Virus record (IMG/VR): IMGVR_UViG_3300001352_000062
Location: 1-27,392 of that record
DNA length: 27,392 nt
DNA from: a virus
Taxonomy: Duplodnaviria > Caudoviricetes
Direction: 5' to 3' (one strand)
Shown: in pieces, positions 16,828 to 26,138 of the stretch
How positions within the stretch are numbered: position 1 is the stretch's first letter
Layout of the letters: every line of letters starts with the position of its first letter
Translations under genes and position numbers: made by a program
The notes under the pieces: generated by a model
What the model saw: the letters and a program-made list of their open reading frames with translations, nothing else
Databases searched by the model: none
Told to the model about the DNA's origin: nothing

Positions 16828-19035
16828 ATGGGCTTAGTTGATTTAACAACCAACCTAAGATCTCTTAGATATGGTAAGGACACAGTTGGTGGTGGAAACA
16901 GTAACCAACCCTATGTAAAAACAAAAATCCCTGAAAGTTTTTCCAAAGTAGGAAAAACAGGAGGACCAGATTTTTTATTACGTGGTGGGACATTACTACC
17001 TAAAATAGTAGTAAATGATGTTTCTAGACTAGCACAGATGTTTTTCGATTTTAAATCACCAAACGGGCCCTTATTTATAGCAAAACAAAATGTCTTATCC
17101 TTAACAAATGTTAATTCAAGTAAAGGGTATGTACCTTATAAACAAGAAGAATCTACATCAAGCGTTTTAAGTACTATAGGGGGTTTTATTAAGGATAACT
17201 TAGCTATGAACCAGGGTATTTATACACCTTTAGGTACTTTAGCTCAAGCTGCAGGAAATGGGATTGGTTTACATACAAATAAACAAGGATTAAACCCTTT
17301 TAAATTTAAAACCACACAGGGGAGCAAAGATGGTAATAGCCCTTTAGGTTTACCCACTTATTTAAATACGATATACACAAATTCTACAGATGGAAACAAA
17401 AGTAGATTATTTGGTTTACTTGATAAGATTGATAAAAATACTCAGGGAATTAATAATTTATATTCTTATTCTGGGGGACCAGGTGCTACTTTAGGTGTTG
17501 GTAAAACCAACATTGTAATGGTAGGTGACCAAAGAACTGGTATTAATAATGCTTTCAATTCTCAATTACAATTTAATAGTAGATTTAACTTAGGAAATTT
17601 TTCTTCATTTACACAACAAGTATCAACACCCTTACCACCACTATTCCAAAATCCCAATAAACCTGAAGTAGAATTATTTTCAAACCGTACTGTAAATTCT
17701 AAAACTATAAATTACATTCCAAGTATTTACAACCCAGGTTTAGAGAAAAATAAGAATATAACTAATAAAGCAGGTGTATCCGATATAAAATTTGGTTATG
17801 GTGCTACTATTAAATACGTATCACTTTTAGACCCAGAAAGACAATCTACATATTTGGGGATGGATACACTATTTAATAATGGTGATGTTATAAGCCCTAT
17901 ATCATTTACTAGAAATGTATACAATCCAGGCACACTAACAACAAATGAGAATAAACTAAGAAGTGGTACCGGTGATGGGATATCTAGACAAGTTTGGACA
18001 CAAGAGGAAATAGAAACGGCAAAACCAACTAGTCAAGATTCATTATTTAATAAACCTTCTTTTACTAGGATTATCACAGGCCCTTCAGGAAGCCCCGCAA
18101 TACCAGCAACTTTAGATTATACTACAAAAAACATTGAAAGTAGAGTTAATTTAGGGGACCCAGGTAAAAAAGGAAATAGAAGTAGTTACACAATTGGTTT
18201 CCAAAACCCAGAAGTTGCAGGTTCAGCTCCAACAGTAAAAAGTAATTCATATTATGATAAGGCATTAGATAAAGTTAATGCTTTACCTATATACAAATCA
18301 AGTTCTGTTACAGGTAATGATGTTAAAAATGATTTAGTAAAATTTAGAATTGGGGTAATATCAAATGAAAACCCTGAAAATAAAACATATATCCATTTTA
18401 GAGCACATATCGATAGTATGAGCGATAATTTTACTGCAGACTGGGGTAGTCAAAAATATATGGGTAGAGGTGAAAAATTTTACAAATATCAAGGATTTGA
18501 TAGAAACCTATCTTTATCTTGGACTGTAGCAGCCCAATCAAAACAGGAATTAATCCCTATGTATCAAAAGTTAAATTATTTAGCTTCTGTTACAGCACCT
18601 TCATATTCCGAAACAGGGTATATGGGTGGTAATTTAATATCATTAACAATTGGTGGTTATTTATATGAACAAGTAGGTATAATGACATCCCTAACTTTAG
18701 ATGTCCCTACAGAATCCCCGTGGGAAATAGCCCTCCCAGATAGTTTAAACAACACAACATCAGATGATGCCTCAGAGGTATCTTCAGACCCATCTGTTAA
18801 AGAATTACCTATGATAATTAAGGTTACAGGATTTAACTTTATACCTATTCACGATTTTGTACCAAAGGTACAGAAAAATACATTTGATGGTGCTAAGTTA
18901 GAAAAGGGTGGAACATTCGTTGGAGAATACGGAAAGGAGCAGTATATTGCATTAGCAACACAAGGTGGTTTGAATAACTATAATGGGGGAGTAAGTGCAA
19001 AAGGAAATGAACATATTAACTACATTCCAAAATAA
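16828..19035 (+). CDS. Baseplate/tail-tube initiator-like protein (735 aa)
   Basis: C-terminal region FRAHIDSMSDNFTADW...YMGRGEKFYKYQGFDRNLSLSW...LTIGGYL...PWEI resembles tube-fold baseplate proteins. Lies between tape measure and LysM genes. Confidence 0.6.
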   Translation: MGLVDLTTNLRSLRYGKDTVGGGNSNQPYVKTKIPESFSKVGKTGGPDFLLRGGTLLPKIVVNDVSRLAQMFFDFKSPNGPLFIAKQNVLSLTNVNSSKGYVPYKQEESTSSVLSTIGGFIKDNLAMNQGIYTPLGTLAQAAGNGIGLHTNKQGLNPFKFKTTQGSKDGNSPLGLPTYLNTIYTNSTDGNKSRLFGLLDKIDKNTQGINNLYSYSGGPGATLGVGKTNIVMVGDQRTGINNAFNSQLQFNSRFNLGNFSSFTQQVSTPLPPLFQNPNKPEVELFSNRTVNSKTINYIPSIYNPGLEKNKNITNKAGVSDIKFGYGATIKYVSLLDPERQSTYLGMDTLFNNGDVISPISFTRNVYNPGTLTTNENKLRSGTGDGISRQVWTQEEIETAKPTSQDSLFNKPSFTRIITGPSGSPAIPATLDYTTKNIESRVNLGDPGKKGNRSSYTIGFQNPEVAGSAPTVKSNSYYDKALDKVNALPIYKSSSVTGNDVKNDLVKFRIGVISNENPENKTYIHFRAHIDSMSDNFTADWGSQKYMGRGEKFYKYQGFDRNLSLSWTVAAQSKQELIPMYQKLNYLASVTAPSYSETGYMGGNLISLTIGGYLYEQVGIMTSLTLDVPTESPWEIALPDSLNNTTSDDASEVSSDPSVKELPMIIKVTGFNFIPIHDFVPKVQKNTFDGAKLEKGGTFVGEYGKEQYIALATQGGLNNYNGGVSAKGNEHINYIPK

Positions 19036-19043
19036 TAAAATAA

Positions 19044-19361
19044 ATGGGGAGATACACAAGAAATAGAGTATTATCAAAAGTCGACCCAAACGGGACTAGA
19101 GGCATAAGATATTACAGGGGTGTAAAATACCCTGAAATTGCTTTATCTCCTGATGACATATATGTTTATGCTGAAGAAGGGGATAGATTTGATATTTTAG
19201 CTAATGAGTATTACAGTGATTCTTCCTTATGGTGGATTATTTCAACAGCTAATCCTTCATTCCCACAAGATACATATTATTTACCATTAGGAATACAAAT
19301 TAGAATACCAACTAACATTGGTGCCATACAAAGTAGTTATAACAAATTAAATAGGTTTTAA
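19044..19361 (+). CDS. LysM-like baseplate wedge protein (gp53/tail X-like)
   Basis: EGDRFDILANEYYSDSSLWWIISTAN...G.QIRIP signature. Confidence 0.8.
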   Translation: MGRYTRNRVLSKVDPNGTRGIRYYRGVKYPEIALSPDDIYVYAEEGDRFDILANEYYSDSSLWWIISTANPSFPQDTYYLPLGIQIRIPTNIGAIQSSYNKLNRF

Positions 19362-19363
19362 GA

Positions 19364-22300
19364 ATGGGTATAATAGGAGAAAGCATTTCAGTTGATGTTA
19401 ATGACCAAATCCAAATAAGACAAGACTTACAAGGAAAGCAAACTAGGACAAATACTGATATTAATTTACTAAACAATGCAAATGCTTGGTTAAAACTTGC
19501 TTCCTCAGTAAGAGTTATAGGCCCAACAGAAAAGGAAGCATTGGCAATAAAAATTAATAATACTTTTGCTGGGGGTAAATACTCACAATTTAAACAATCT
19601 GTTCCTACTTACAATCCTACTACAGGAAAATATGAAGAGGAAGAATCAAACATCAGCGCAGGGGAACAAAGATTAAGAGACTTAGGGTTAGATAACACAA
19701 GTGAATTTACCGGAAACCAACTAGCAAAAAAAGCTGTTCTATTTAACACCCTTTCAGAATTAGATTCATCTGGTAATTCTTATATTTCTAGGTCTGGAGT
19801 ATCTTTATCTGGGAATTTATGGAATAATAGTAGTTACGGTTTAGGATCAACAGACTTTGGTATCGTACCTTCACCTGGACTTATTTCTGCTAAAATTAAC
19901 TGTTTAAATAGGGGTTCAATCCGAGAAGCAACAGTAGAACTAAAAGCATATAACCTTTTTCAATTTGAATTAATAGAACTTTTATATTTAAGGCTAGGGT
20001 ATACTATGCTATTAGAATGGGGGTGGGATAAGTTTTTAAATAATAAGGGCGTCTCACAATCTATGGGTAATACCTTAACTGAAGATTTATGGTTTCAAGA
20101 TATACCTACAGATAGTTATAGGGACATTATTAAAAAAATTGCAGAAAAAAGAGTTACTTATTCTAATAATTATGATGGTTTTTTAGGAAAAGTAGTTAAT
20201 TTTGATTGGAGTTTCCAACCCGATGGTACTTACAATATAACCCTAAAATTAATTACAATAGGGGATGTTATTGAATCTTTAAAAGTAAACTTACCCACTG
20301 AATTAACAGTAATATCAAATATAAAAAAGTCAACTAATACTTCTAACACCCTCCAATCAGAACTATCAAAACTTGATAGCCCTATAGTAACTAATGCTGG
20401 CTCTTCTACTTTATCACTTAATCTATACAAAGATATATCAGAAAGTACCGCTACTAAATGGACTGAAGACCAATCTAAATATTTTTCTTGGTTTTTAAAT
20501 TTAGGGATTGATAAGGATTTTACATTACCTGAGAATAATGATGATATTGATGACAAACTCCAATATCCGCCTACTGGGGTTGATAGTAATAAATATACTT
20601 ATTTTTTAACTTTTGAGGAATTATTAAATAAATTAAACGATTTATGTGTTCCTTCACTAAACCAAAAGAAAGTACTATTATTTGATACTGGTGAATCTAA
20701 TATATGTTCTGTTTTTCCTAACCAAATTTCCTTTAACCCTAAAATATGTTTAGTAAAACCTACATTTACTACTAATATTAATATCTCCTCAATAGAAGAA
20801 GAAAAGACAATACAAAATGGAGTTAAAAATTATTATAATTCTTTTGCTAAACTAAAGAATTTTGTAATTAATGAAGAGGGTAATATATCATATGGTAAAA
20901 TTATGAATATTTACTTAAACTATGATTTTATCTCTAATACCCTACAGAAAAACACTGGAAAGGATGGTGAAATAAGTATTTTTAAATTTTTAGAAGAGGT
21001 ATGTAATAACATAAATTCTTCTTTAGGAGGCTTTAATAAACTTGAACCTATTTTAGTAGATGACAATATAATAAAAATCATAGACCAAAACCCAATTCCC
21101 GGAATAGAAAACTCTTCAGAATTTGGGTGCTTATTTAGTAAAACCAATACCCCTTTTGAAATATTTGGGTACAGTCCATCAGGATCTTTAACTTCTAATT
21201 TTGTAAGAGATTTTGGTTTTAAAACTAAAATAGGCCCCGAATTGGCTAGTATGATTACTATTGGTGCTACATCAGAAAATAAATCTACTAAAAATTACGA
21301 TGGTACCGCTTTTTCTAAATGGAACGATGGGTTACAAGATTCATACGCCATTGTTTATAATGACCCTAAAAAAGAAATAATTAACCCTCCAAAATTTGAT
21401 CCCTTTACTGTAGCCCAAAGGGATTTAATGTATGATAAATTTGTAAATTCCACAGATGATAACCATTATTGGTACGGTGGGTCAAGACCTTCTGTAACAA
21501 CGGGGGGGCTTGGTTTAACCCAAGTTGAGGGCACTAAAGATGTTGATTGTCCTGTAACCTCACAGGAATATTCTGCTGTAACTTGGGAAGAATATACGAT
21601 TGAAGCAGCAGAGGAGTATAGGAAACAAAATTTAGAAATTACAAGGGATAATCAAAAAGAAGAAAAACCTCAGGAACAAATTCAAAACTATTTAGGATGG
21701 TTATTGAAAGCCTTTGGGGGTAATATTGGTGGTGGTAAAAAAACTTCTGATTTATATTTTTATTTGAACGATAACTTTTATAAAATAGGAAAAGAGTTAT
21801 TTAAAGGTTTTATTACAGGCCTTAATAATAACATATATAATATTGAAAAAAACCCTTCAAATACTATAGGTTTTATTCCAGCAGATTTAAGTTTAACAAT
21901 TGATGGTTTAGCAGGGGTTAAAATATATAACGCTTTATCAATTAATCAAAGGTTTTTACCTAAACAATACCCAAAAGCACTAAAATTTCTAATTACAAAA
22001 GTAAATCATAACATATCTGACAACAATTGGGATACAGGGTTACATACAATATCTGTTCCTAATGTCATCCCCCCAAGCCCAGAATTTTTTACTACAGCAT
22101 TAACTAATCTTTTAGAAGACCAAATATCAAAATTACAAATAAAACCATTTGAAGGCCCAACACCTAATGCTGATAGATTAAGAGATTGGCTAAATTTAGA
22201 TAGTAATCCTAACTATTCAGAAAAAGGACAAGAAATATCAAATGGTGGAGATATATCCAATTCTATGAGTAATGTTGCTATAAGTATCTTTACTGAAATT

Positions 22301-22576
22301 AGATCAAAATATCCGAATTATACAATACAAGTAACAGGTGGTAATGATATCCACCATCAAGAAAAAGCTAAAAGTAGTACTCATACTAGGGGTGATGGTT
22401 TGGATTTTACAATATCCCCTGCTGGTAATCAAGAAATAGCAAATATAAGTGCATTACTTAAAGCAAAATTTTTCCTAATCAACAGAACAAACACGTTCTA
22501 TGATGGTGGTTTCATTAATGAATACACCTCCCCCTCTAATGGTGCTACTGGCGACCATTTTCATATTTATATATAA
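19364..22576 (+). CDS. Baseplate hub-like protein with C-terminal zinc peptidase (M15/LAS-type) domain
   Basis: Follows the LysM gene. LSLTIDGLAG and FLITKVNHNI...W.T hub-type motifs. C-terminal HTRGDGLD (H-x6-D) and HFH (H-x-H). Confidence 0.7.
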   Translation: MGIIGESISVDVNDQIQIRQDLQGKQTRTNTDINLLNNANAWLKLASSVRVIGPTEKEALAIKINNTFAGGKYSQFKQSVPTYNPTTGKYEEEESNISAGEQRLRDLGLDNTSEFTGNQLAKKAVLFNTLSELDSSGNSYISRSGVSLSGNLWNNSSYGLGSTDFGIVPSPGLISAKINCLNRGSIREATVELKAYNLFQFELIELLYLRLGYTMLLEWGWDKFLNNKGVSQSMGNTLTEDLWFQDIPTDSYRDIIKKIAEKRVTYSNNYDGFLGKVVNFDWSFQPDGTYNITLKLITIGDVIESLKVNLPTELTVISNIKKSTNTSNTLQSELSKLDSPIVTNAGSSTLSLNLYKDISESTATKWTEDQSKYFSWFLNLGIDKDFTLPENNDDIDDKLQYPPTGVDSNKYTYFLTFEELLNKLNDLCVPSLNQKKVLLFDTGESNICSVFPNQISFNPKICLVKPTFTTNINISSIEEEKTIQNGVKNYYNSFAKLKNFVINEEGNISYGKIMNIYLNYDFISNTLQKNTGKDGEISIFKFLEEVCNNINSSLGGFNKLEPILVDDNIIKIIDQNPIPGIENSSEFGCLFSKTNTPFEIFGYSPSGSLTSNFVRDFGFKTKIGPELASMITIGATSENKSTKNYDGTAFSKWNDGLQDSYAIVYNDPKKEIINPPKFDPFTVAQRDLMYDKFVNSTDDNHYWYGGSRPSVTTGGLGLTQVEGTKDVDCPVTSQEYSAVTWEEYTIEAAEEYRKQNLEITRDNQKEEKPQEQIQNYLGWLLKAFGGNIGGGKKTSDLYFYLNDNFYKIGKELFKGFITGLNNNIYNIEKNPSNTIGFIPADLSLTIDGLAGVKIYNALSINQRFLPKQYPKALKFLITKVNHNISDNNWDTGLHTISVPNVIPPSPEFFTTALTNLLEDQISKLQIKPFEGPTPNADRLRDWLNLDSNPNYSEKGQEISNGGDISNSMSNVAISIFTEIRSKYPNYTIQVTGGNDIHHQEKAKSSTHTRGDGLDFTISPAGNQEIANISALLKAKFFLINRTNTFYDGGFINEYTSPSNGATGDHFHIYI
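22562..22571 (+). promoter_or_regulatory. Late promoter variant CATATTTATA within the last codons of the hub gene
   Basis: 9/10 match, 19 nt before ATG 22591. Confidence 0.45.
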
Positions 22577-22590
22577 CTAATAAAACAACT

Positions 22591-23472
22591 ATGTATTTTC
22601 CAAAGTCACAAATAACAACCAACCTTTCTACTAACGGGAAAGAATTTAAAATTATCGGAAGCGATAGATTTTATATTGGTTTTTATTTCTCTACATCTGA
22701 TGGAAAATACTACACAGGCAAAACACCCCAAGATGGGGATAATTTACTTTTATCCAAAGATGAGAGTAGAGATGGTAATGAGGAATCACCAACTACTTTT
22801 AATGATAACATAACTCCAATCTCCACAGAAAAATTAAATTCCTTAAACAATCGTTCAACTTTACCTCCTTTTTTAAAATTAAAGAATCCCATCTCCCCCA
22901 TACCACCTAAGGGAAATATAGTTTTCCCAACTGAAGGAGAATATGAGACTGGAGAATATCAAAGATATTTTTTAAAACACAATGTTAATAATAATTATTT
23001 AGAAGTTAACCAAACCACCTATAATAATTTCTTTAATCAAAATCCAATTGTACCATTTCAGTTATATACTACTATTAAAATAGATTGGATATTAGTAGGC
23101 AAACCAATAGAGGTTTATGATATTAACCGAAATATAGCTCTACTATATGAAAAGGAAAATAATATTAGAGGGTTTTCTAATTTCTTTAAAGGTAGGTATT
23201 TAAAATATTTCCGTCCTTTAAAAAACGAATACTATTCTACTAAAGGTAATGAATTAAAAACCCAAGATACTAATAAAAATTATGTTGGTTATTATCACGT
23301 TTTCCCAACTAGGGGGGTAATTATGGAAGGTAAATTTCATACGGCTTCACCACATCAAGTATTAATCCCATCTATAGGTGAAGAGATTATTGAACAAAAT
23401 GTATTATCAAATGCTAGGGGGGAAGTAGGAACATCAATAAGAAAAAACATTGCAAGAGGGAGTGGATACTAG
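22591..23472 (+). CDS. Hypothetical protein, probably tail/baseplate-associated (293 aa)
   Basis: Last ORF of the structural block, with a duplicated ST.G.E...Y.G.Y module. Confidence 0.7.
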   Translation: MYFPKSQITTNLSTNGKEFKIIGSDRFYIGFYFSTSDGKYYTGKTPQDGDNLLLSKDESRDGNEESPTTFNDNITPISTEKLNSLNNRSTLPPFLKLKNPISPIPPKGNIVFPTEGEYETGEYQRYFLKHNVNNNYLEVNQTTYNNFFNQNPIVPFQLYTTIKIDWILVGKPIEVYDINRNIALLYEKENNIRGFSNFFKGRYLKYFRPLKNEYYSTKGNELKTQDTNKNYVGYYHVFPTRGVIMEGKFHTASPHQVLIPSIGEEIIEQNVLSNARGEVGTSIRKNIARGSGY

Positions 23473-23490
23473 ATAAATCATTCGTATATT
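23463..23490 (+). promoter_or_regulatory. Putative early/middle promoter TGGATAC-N10-ATTCGTATATT
   Basis: Both boxes and the spacing are identical at 25234-25261. Lies 18 nt before the polymerase ATG. Confidence 0.7.
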
Positions 23491-23508
23491 GCAATAAAAT
23501 GGTTATAA

Positions 23509-24783
23509 ATGTATTGGTTAGTAGAAGACGAAGAGCAATTAAATGTTTTAATAAATAGTGGTTATAAAGAGGCTTTCATTGAAATAATCCCATATAATGA
23601 TACTATTCACCCGGCACAAAATCTCACGAGTTTAGTGTATGTTAGACCAACTAACGCATCTAAAGGTTTTATGGTATGCATAACGCATAGTGAAACTTTA
23701 AATGCATTAAATACGCGTATAGACGAATTACTAGAAAAGTTTGAAGTGTTGTATTGTAGGGATAAAAAGGAAGTATTACATTATTTTCCAAATTATTACA
23801 AAGTTCTCTATGACATAAACCCACCACCTACTACGTATATACGACCTACAACAATAACCCATGAATTATATTATAGGCAACATAAGGATAACCCGGAGTT
23901 AAACCTAATTATACCGATTGTTAAACACTATGAATTGTGTGAGACCATTTTTGAGGATCTAAAAGCGAATATTAACAAAGAAAAAACAAAATATGATGAA
24001 TTCTATAACAATAAAGTATCCTTGGTATTCAACTCTATCGAACGAATGGGAATACGAATACACAATGAAACCTTCGAAGAATATTTCCACCCCGTTAATG
24101 GTGAATACGTCTTCACTCAGTTCAACTTAAAAACAACAACAACAAGACCATCAAATAAATTTAAAAATGTAAACTATGCCGCACTTAATAAAGAAAATGG
24201 ATGTAGAAAAAGTTTTATACCACGTAATAATAGGTTTATGGAAGTTGACATTAGCGCTTACCATCCTAGCTTGGCTGCTCGCCTCATTGGTTATGATTTT
24301 GCCGATATTGATATCCACGCTCATTTTGCTTCCCTATATAAGGTGGATTACAAAAAATCGAAAGAACTTACCTTCAAACAACTCTATGGGGGTGTATTTA
24401 AAAATTATAGACACCTGGAATTCTTTCAAGGAATTGAGAAATACGTAGGAGAACTATGGGGTAAATTTGAAAGTGAAGGTGAAATAACTTGCCCCATTTC
24501 TAATTTTGTGTATAAAAAAGAGAACCTGGGTGAAATGAATCCACAAAAACTCTTTAATTACTTGCTACAAAATTTGGAGACGTCAATGAATGTTCGTATA
24601 TTATGGGATATATGTAGTATGTTAGTTGATAAAAAAACTAAATTGGTACTATATACTTATGATTCGTTTTTATTTGATTTAAGTGAGGAGGATGAATCTA
24701 TAGAGAAGGAGATTAATATTATTTTTGAGAAATATAAACTAAACATAAAAACAATAGAAGGTTATGACTATGATTTTAAATAG
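23509..24783 (+). CDS. Divergent, miniature family-A DNA polymerase-like protein (424 aa)
   Basis: TTTTRPS (T.TGRLS-like), motif A EVDISAYHP, motif B KELTFKQLYG, NYLLQ, motif C LYTYDSFLFD, in canonical order. Confidence 0.75.
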   Translation: MYWLVEDEEQLNVLINSGYKEAFIEIIPYNDTIHPAQNLTSLVYVRPTNASKGFMVCITHSETLNALNTRIDELLEKFEVLYCRDKKEVLHYFPNYYKVLYDINPPPTTYIRPTTITHELYYRQHKDNPELNLIIPIVKHYELCETIFEDLKANINKEKTKYDEFYNNKVSLVFNSIERMGIRIHNETFEEYFHPVNGEYVFTQFNLKTTTTRPSNKFKNVNYAALNKENGCRKSFIPRNNRFMEVDISAYHPSLAARLIGYDFADIDIHAHFASLYKVDYKKSKELTFKQLYGGVFKNYRHLEFFQGIEKYVGELWGKFESEGEITCPISNFVYKKENLGEMNPQKLFNYLLQNLETSMNVRILWDICSMLVDKKTKLVLYTYDSFLFDLSEEDESIEKEINIIFEKYKLNIKTIEGYDYDFK

Positions 24784-24802
24784 AAGTCCGAATACGTATA
24801 AT

Positions 24803-25231
24803 ATGAATTATGATGTTACAACATCATTACAAAATATTAAAGATTTGGATAATAAATTGTTCTGTACATTTACAGACTTAGAGAGCTTAGATGGACTTAT
24901 AGAGGAAATTAGAGCAAAATACACAATAATATATAACAAAATGTTTGTCCTCGAGATTGTGGGGAAAGATGAATATGTTATTACTTACAATGTAGACCAA
25001 GGAAATGTTTTCTCAATTCCTGAAAATACTATTTTAGTACATAGAAAAAAGGAGTCTAATACTCTTTATACTATAAATGCCCTAAATGAATTAATTAAAG
25101 GATTAAATGGGGGTGTTGTAGATACTAAATTCAGAGTTGATTGGCAACATTACAGAAATTGTATATTACTTACTCAACATAATTCATTAAACCAATTAAA
25201 TACAAAAATTTACAAAATACTTGACGTATAA
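24803..25231 (+). CDS. Hypothetical protein in the replication block (start uncertain: 24764, 24803 or TTG 24845)
   Basis: ORF fills the gap between the polymerase and SSB genes. Globular alpha/beta sequence (KLFCTFT...ILVHRKKESNTLYTINALN). ATG 24764 overlaps the upstream gene. Confidence 0.7.
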   Translation: MNYDVTTSLQNIKDLDNKLFCTFTDLESLDGLIEEIRAKYTIIYNKMFVLEIVGKDEYVITYNVDQGNVFSIPENTILVHRKKESNTLYTINALNELIKGLNGGVVDTKFRVDWQHYRNCILLTQHNSLNQLNTKIYKILDV

Positions 25232-25233
25232 CT

Positions 25234-25261
25234 TGGATACCCAAAATACGATTCGTATATT
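25234..25261 (+). promoter_or_regulatory. Putative early/middle promoter TGGATAC-N10-ATTCGTATATT
   Basis: Second exact copy of both boxes, intergenic, upstream of the SSB gene. Confidence 0.7.
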
Positions 25262-25302
25262 ACGTTACATATAAACAGTTATAATTAAAAATAAGTTACA
25301 TT

Positions 25303-26136
25303 ATGGATTTAAATGAATTAAAATCGAAGCTAGAAGGGCTTCAATCAAAAAACACAAGTGGTCCTAAGACCGATTACTCAACTATTTACTGGCGACCAAC
25401 AGTAGGGAAACAACAGATTAGAATTGTACCCTCAAAGTACAACCCATCAAACCCCTTTTCTGAATTAAAGATTTACTACGGTATTACTAATAAAGTGATG
25501 CTTTCACCTCTTAACTATGGTGAAAAAGATCCTATTGCTCTATTTGCTGCTAAGCTTAGAGAAGAGTATACTAAGGAAAATTACGTTATGGCTAAGAAAT
25601 TAGACCCTAAAACACGTTATTTTGTTCCTGTAGTAGTACGTGGAGAAGAAGATAAAGGTACAAGATTGTGGCAATTTGGTAAACAAGTATATGAAGAATT
25701 ACTTGCACTTGCTATTGACGATGAAATTGGAGATTATACCGATATTGTAAATGGTAGAGATCTTACAGTAGAAACAGTAGGACCAGAATCTACTGGTACC
25801 CCTTACAATAAATCATCAGTACGTGTTAGATTAAAAACATCAGCTTTGAGTGAAGATGCTTCCCAAGTAGAAACTTGGACTAATGAGCAACCAAACCCAA
25901 ATGAGGGATTATTTAAGAAATTCACATTTGATGAAATTAAAACAGCTTTAGAAAAATGGTTATCACCAGAAGTAGAAGATAATGATGCTTCTGAACCTGT
26001 ACCTGTAGCAACTGGTGCAGCAAATCCTAACTTTAGTTTAGATACTAGTAATGTCAAGAAGAATAAAGCAGATGCTTTCGATTCTATGTTTGAAAAAGAA
26101 GAAAATGAGGTAAAACATGATGATCTTCCTTTCTAA
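25303..26136 (+). CDS. Single-stranded DNA-binding protein (gp32-like)
   Basis: W.P..G...IRIVP, RYFVPVVVRGEE..G.RLWQFGKQVY, D...GRDL motifs. Acidic tail ending DDLPF. Directly upstream of the recombinase gene. Confidence 0.85.
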   Translation: MDLNELKSKLEGLQSKNTSGPKTDYSTIYWRPTVGKQQIRIVPSKYNPSNPFSELKIYYGITNKVMLSPLNYGEKDPIALFAAKLREEYTKENYVMAKKLDPKTRYFVPVVVRGEEDKGTRLWQFGKQVYEELLALAIDDEIGDYTDIVNGRDLTVETVGPESTGTPYNKSSVRVRLKTSALSEDASQVETWTNEQPNPNEGLFKKFTFDEIKTALEKWLSPEVEDNDASEPVPVATGAANPNFSLDTSNVKKNKADAFDSMFEKEENEVKHDDLPF

Positions 26137-26138
26137 AT

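Noticed and set aside
10321-22576. Bacterial extracellular contractile injection system or tailocin
   Set aside because: Linked capsid, scaffold, neck and replication genes show this is a complete phage.
24176-24448. 90-aa alternative-frame + strand ORF with a hydrophobic stretch
   Set aside because: Nested in the polymerase gene over motifs A and B. The hydrophobicity is explained by frame-shifted codons and there is no independent expression signal.
1300-26057. All minus-strand ORFs in the track (e.g. 1819-2145, 11286-11813, 13382-13765, 15222-15650, 20230-20556)
   Set aside because: Each lies wholly antisense to a well-supported + strand gene and has no recognisable motifs, consistent with codon-bias shadows.
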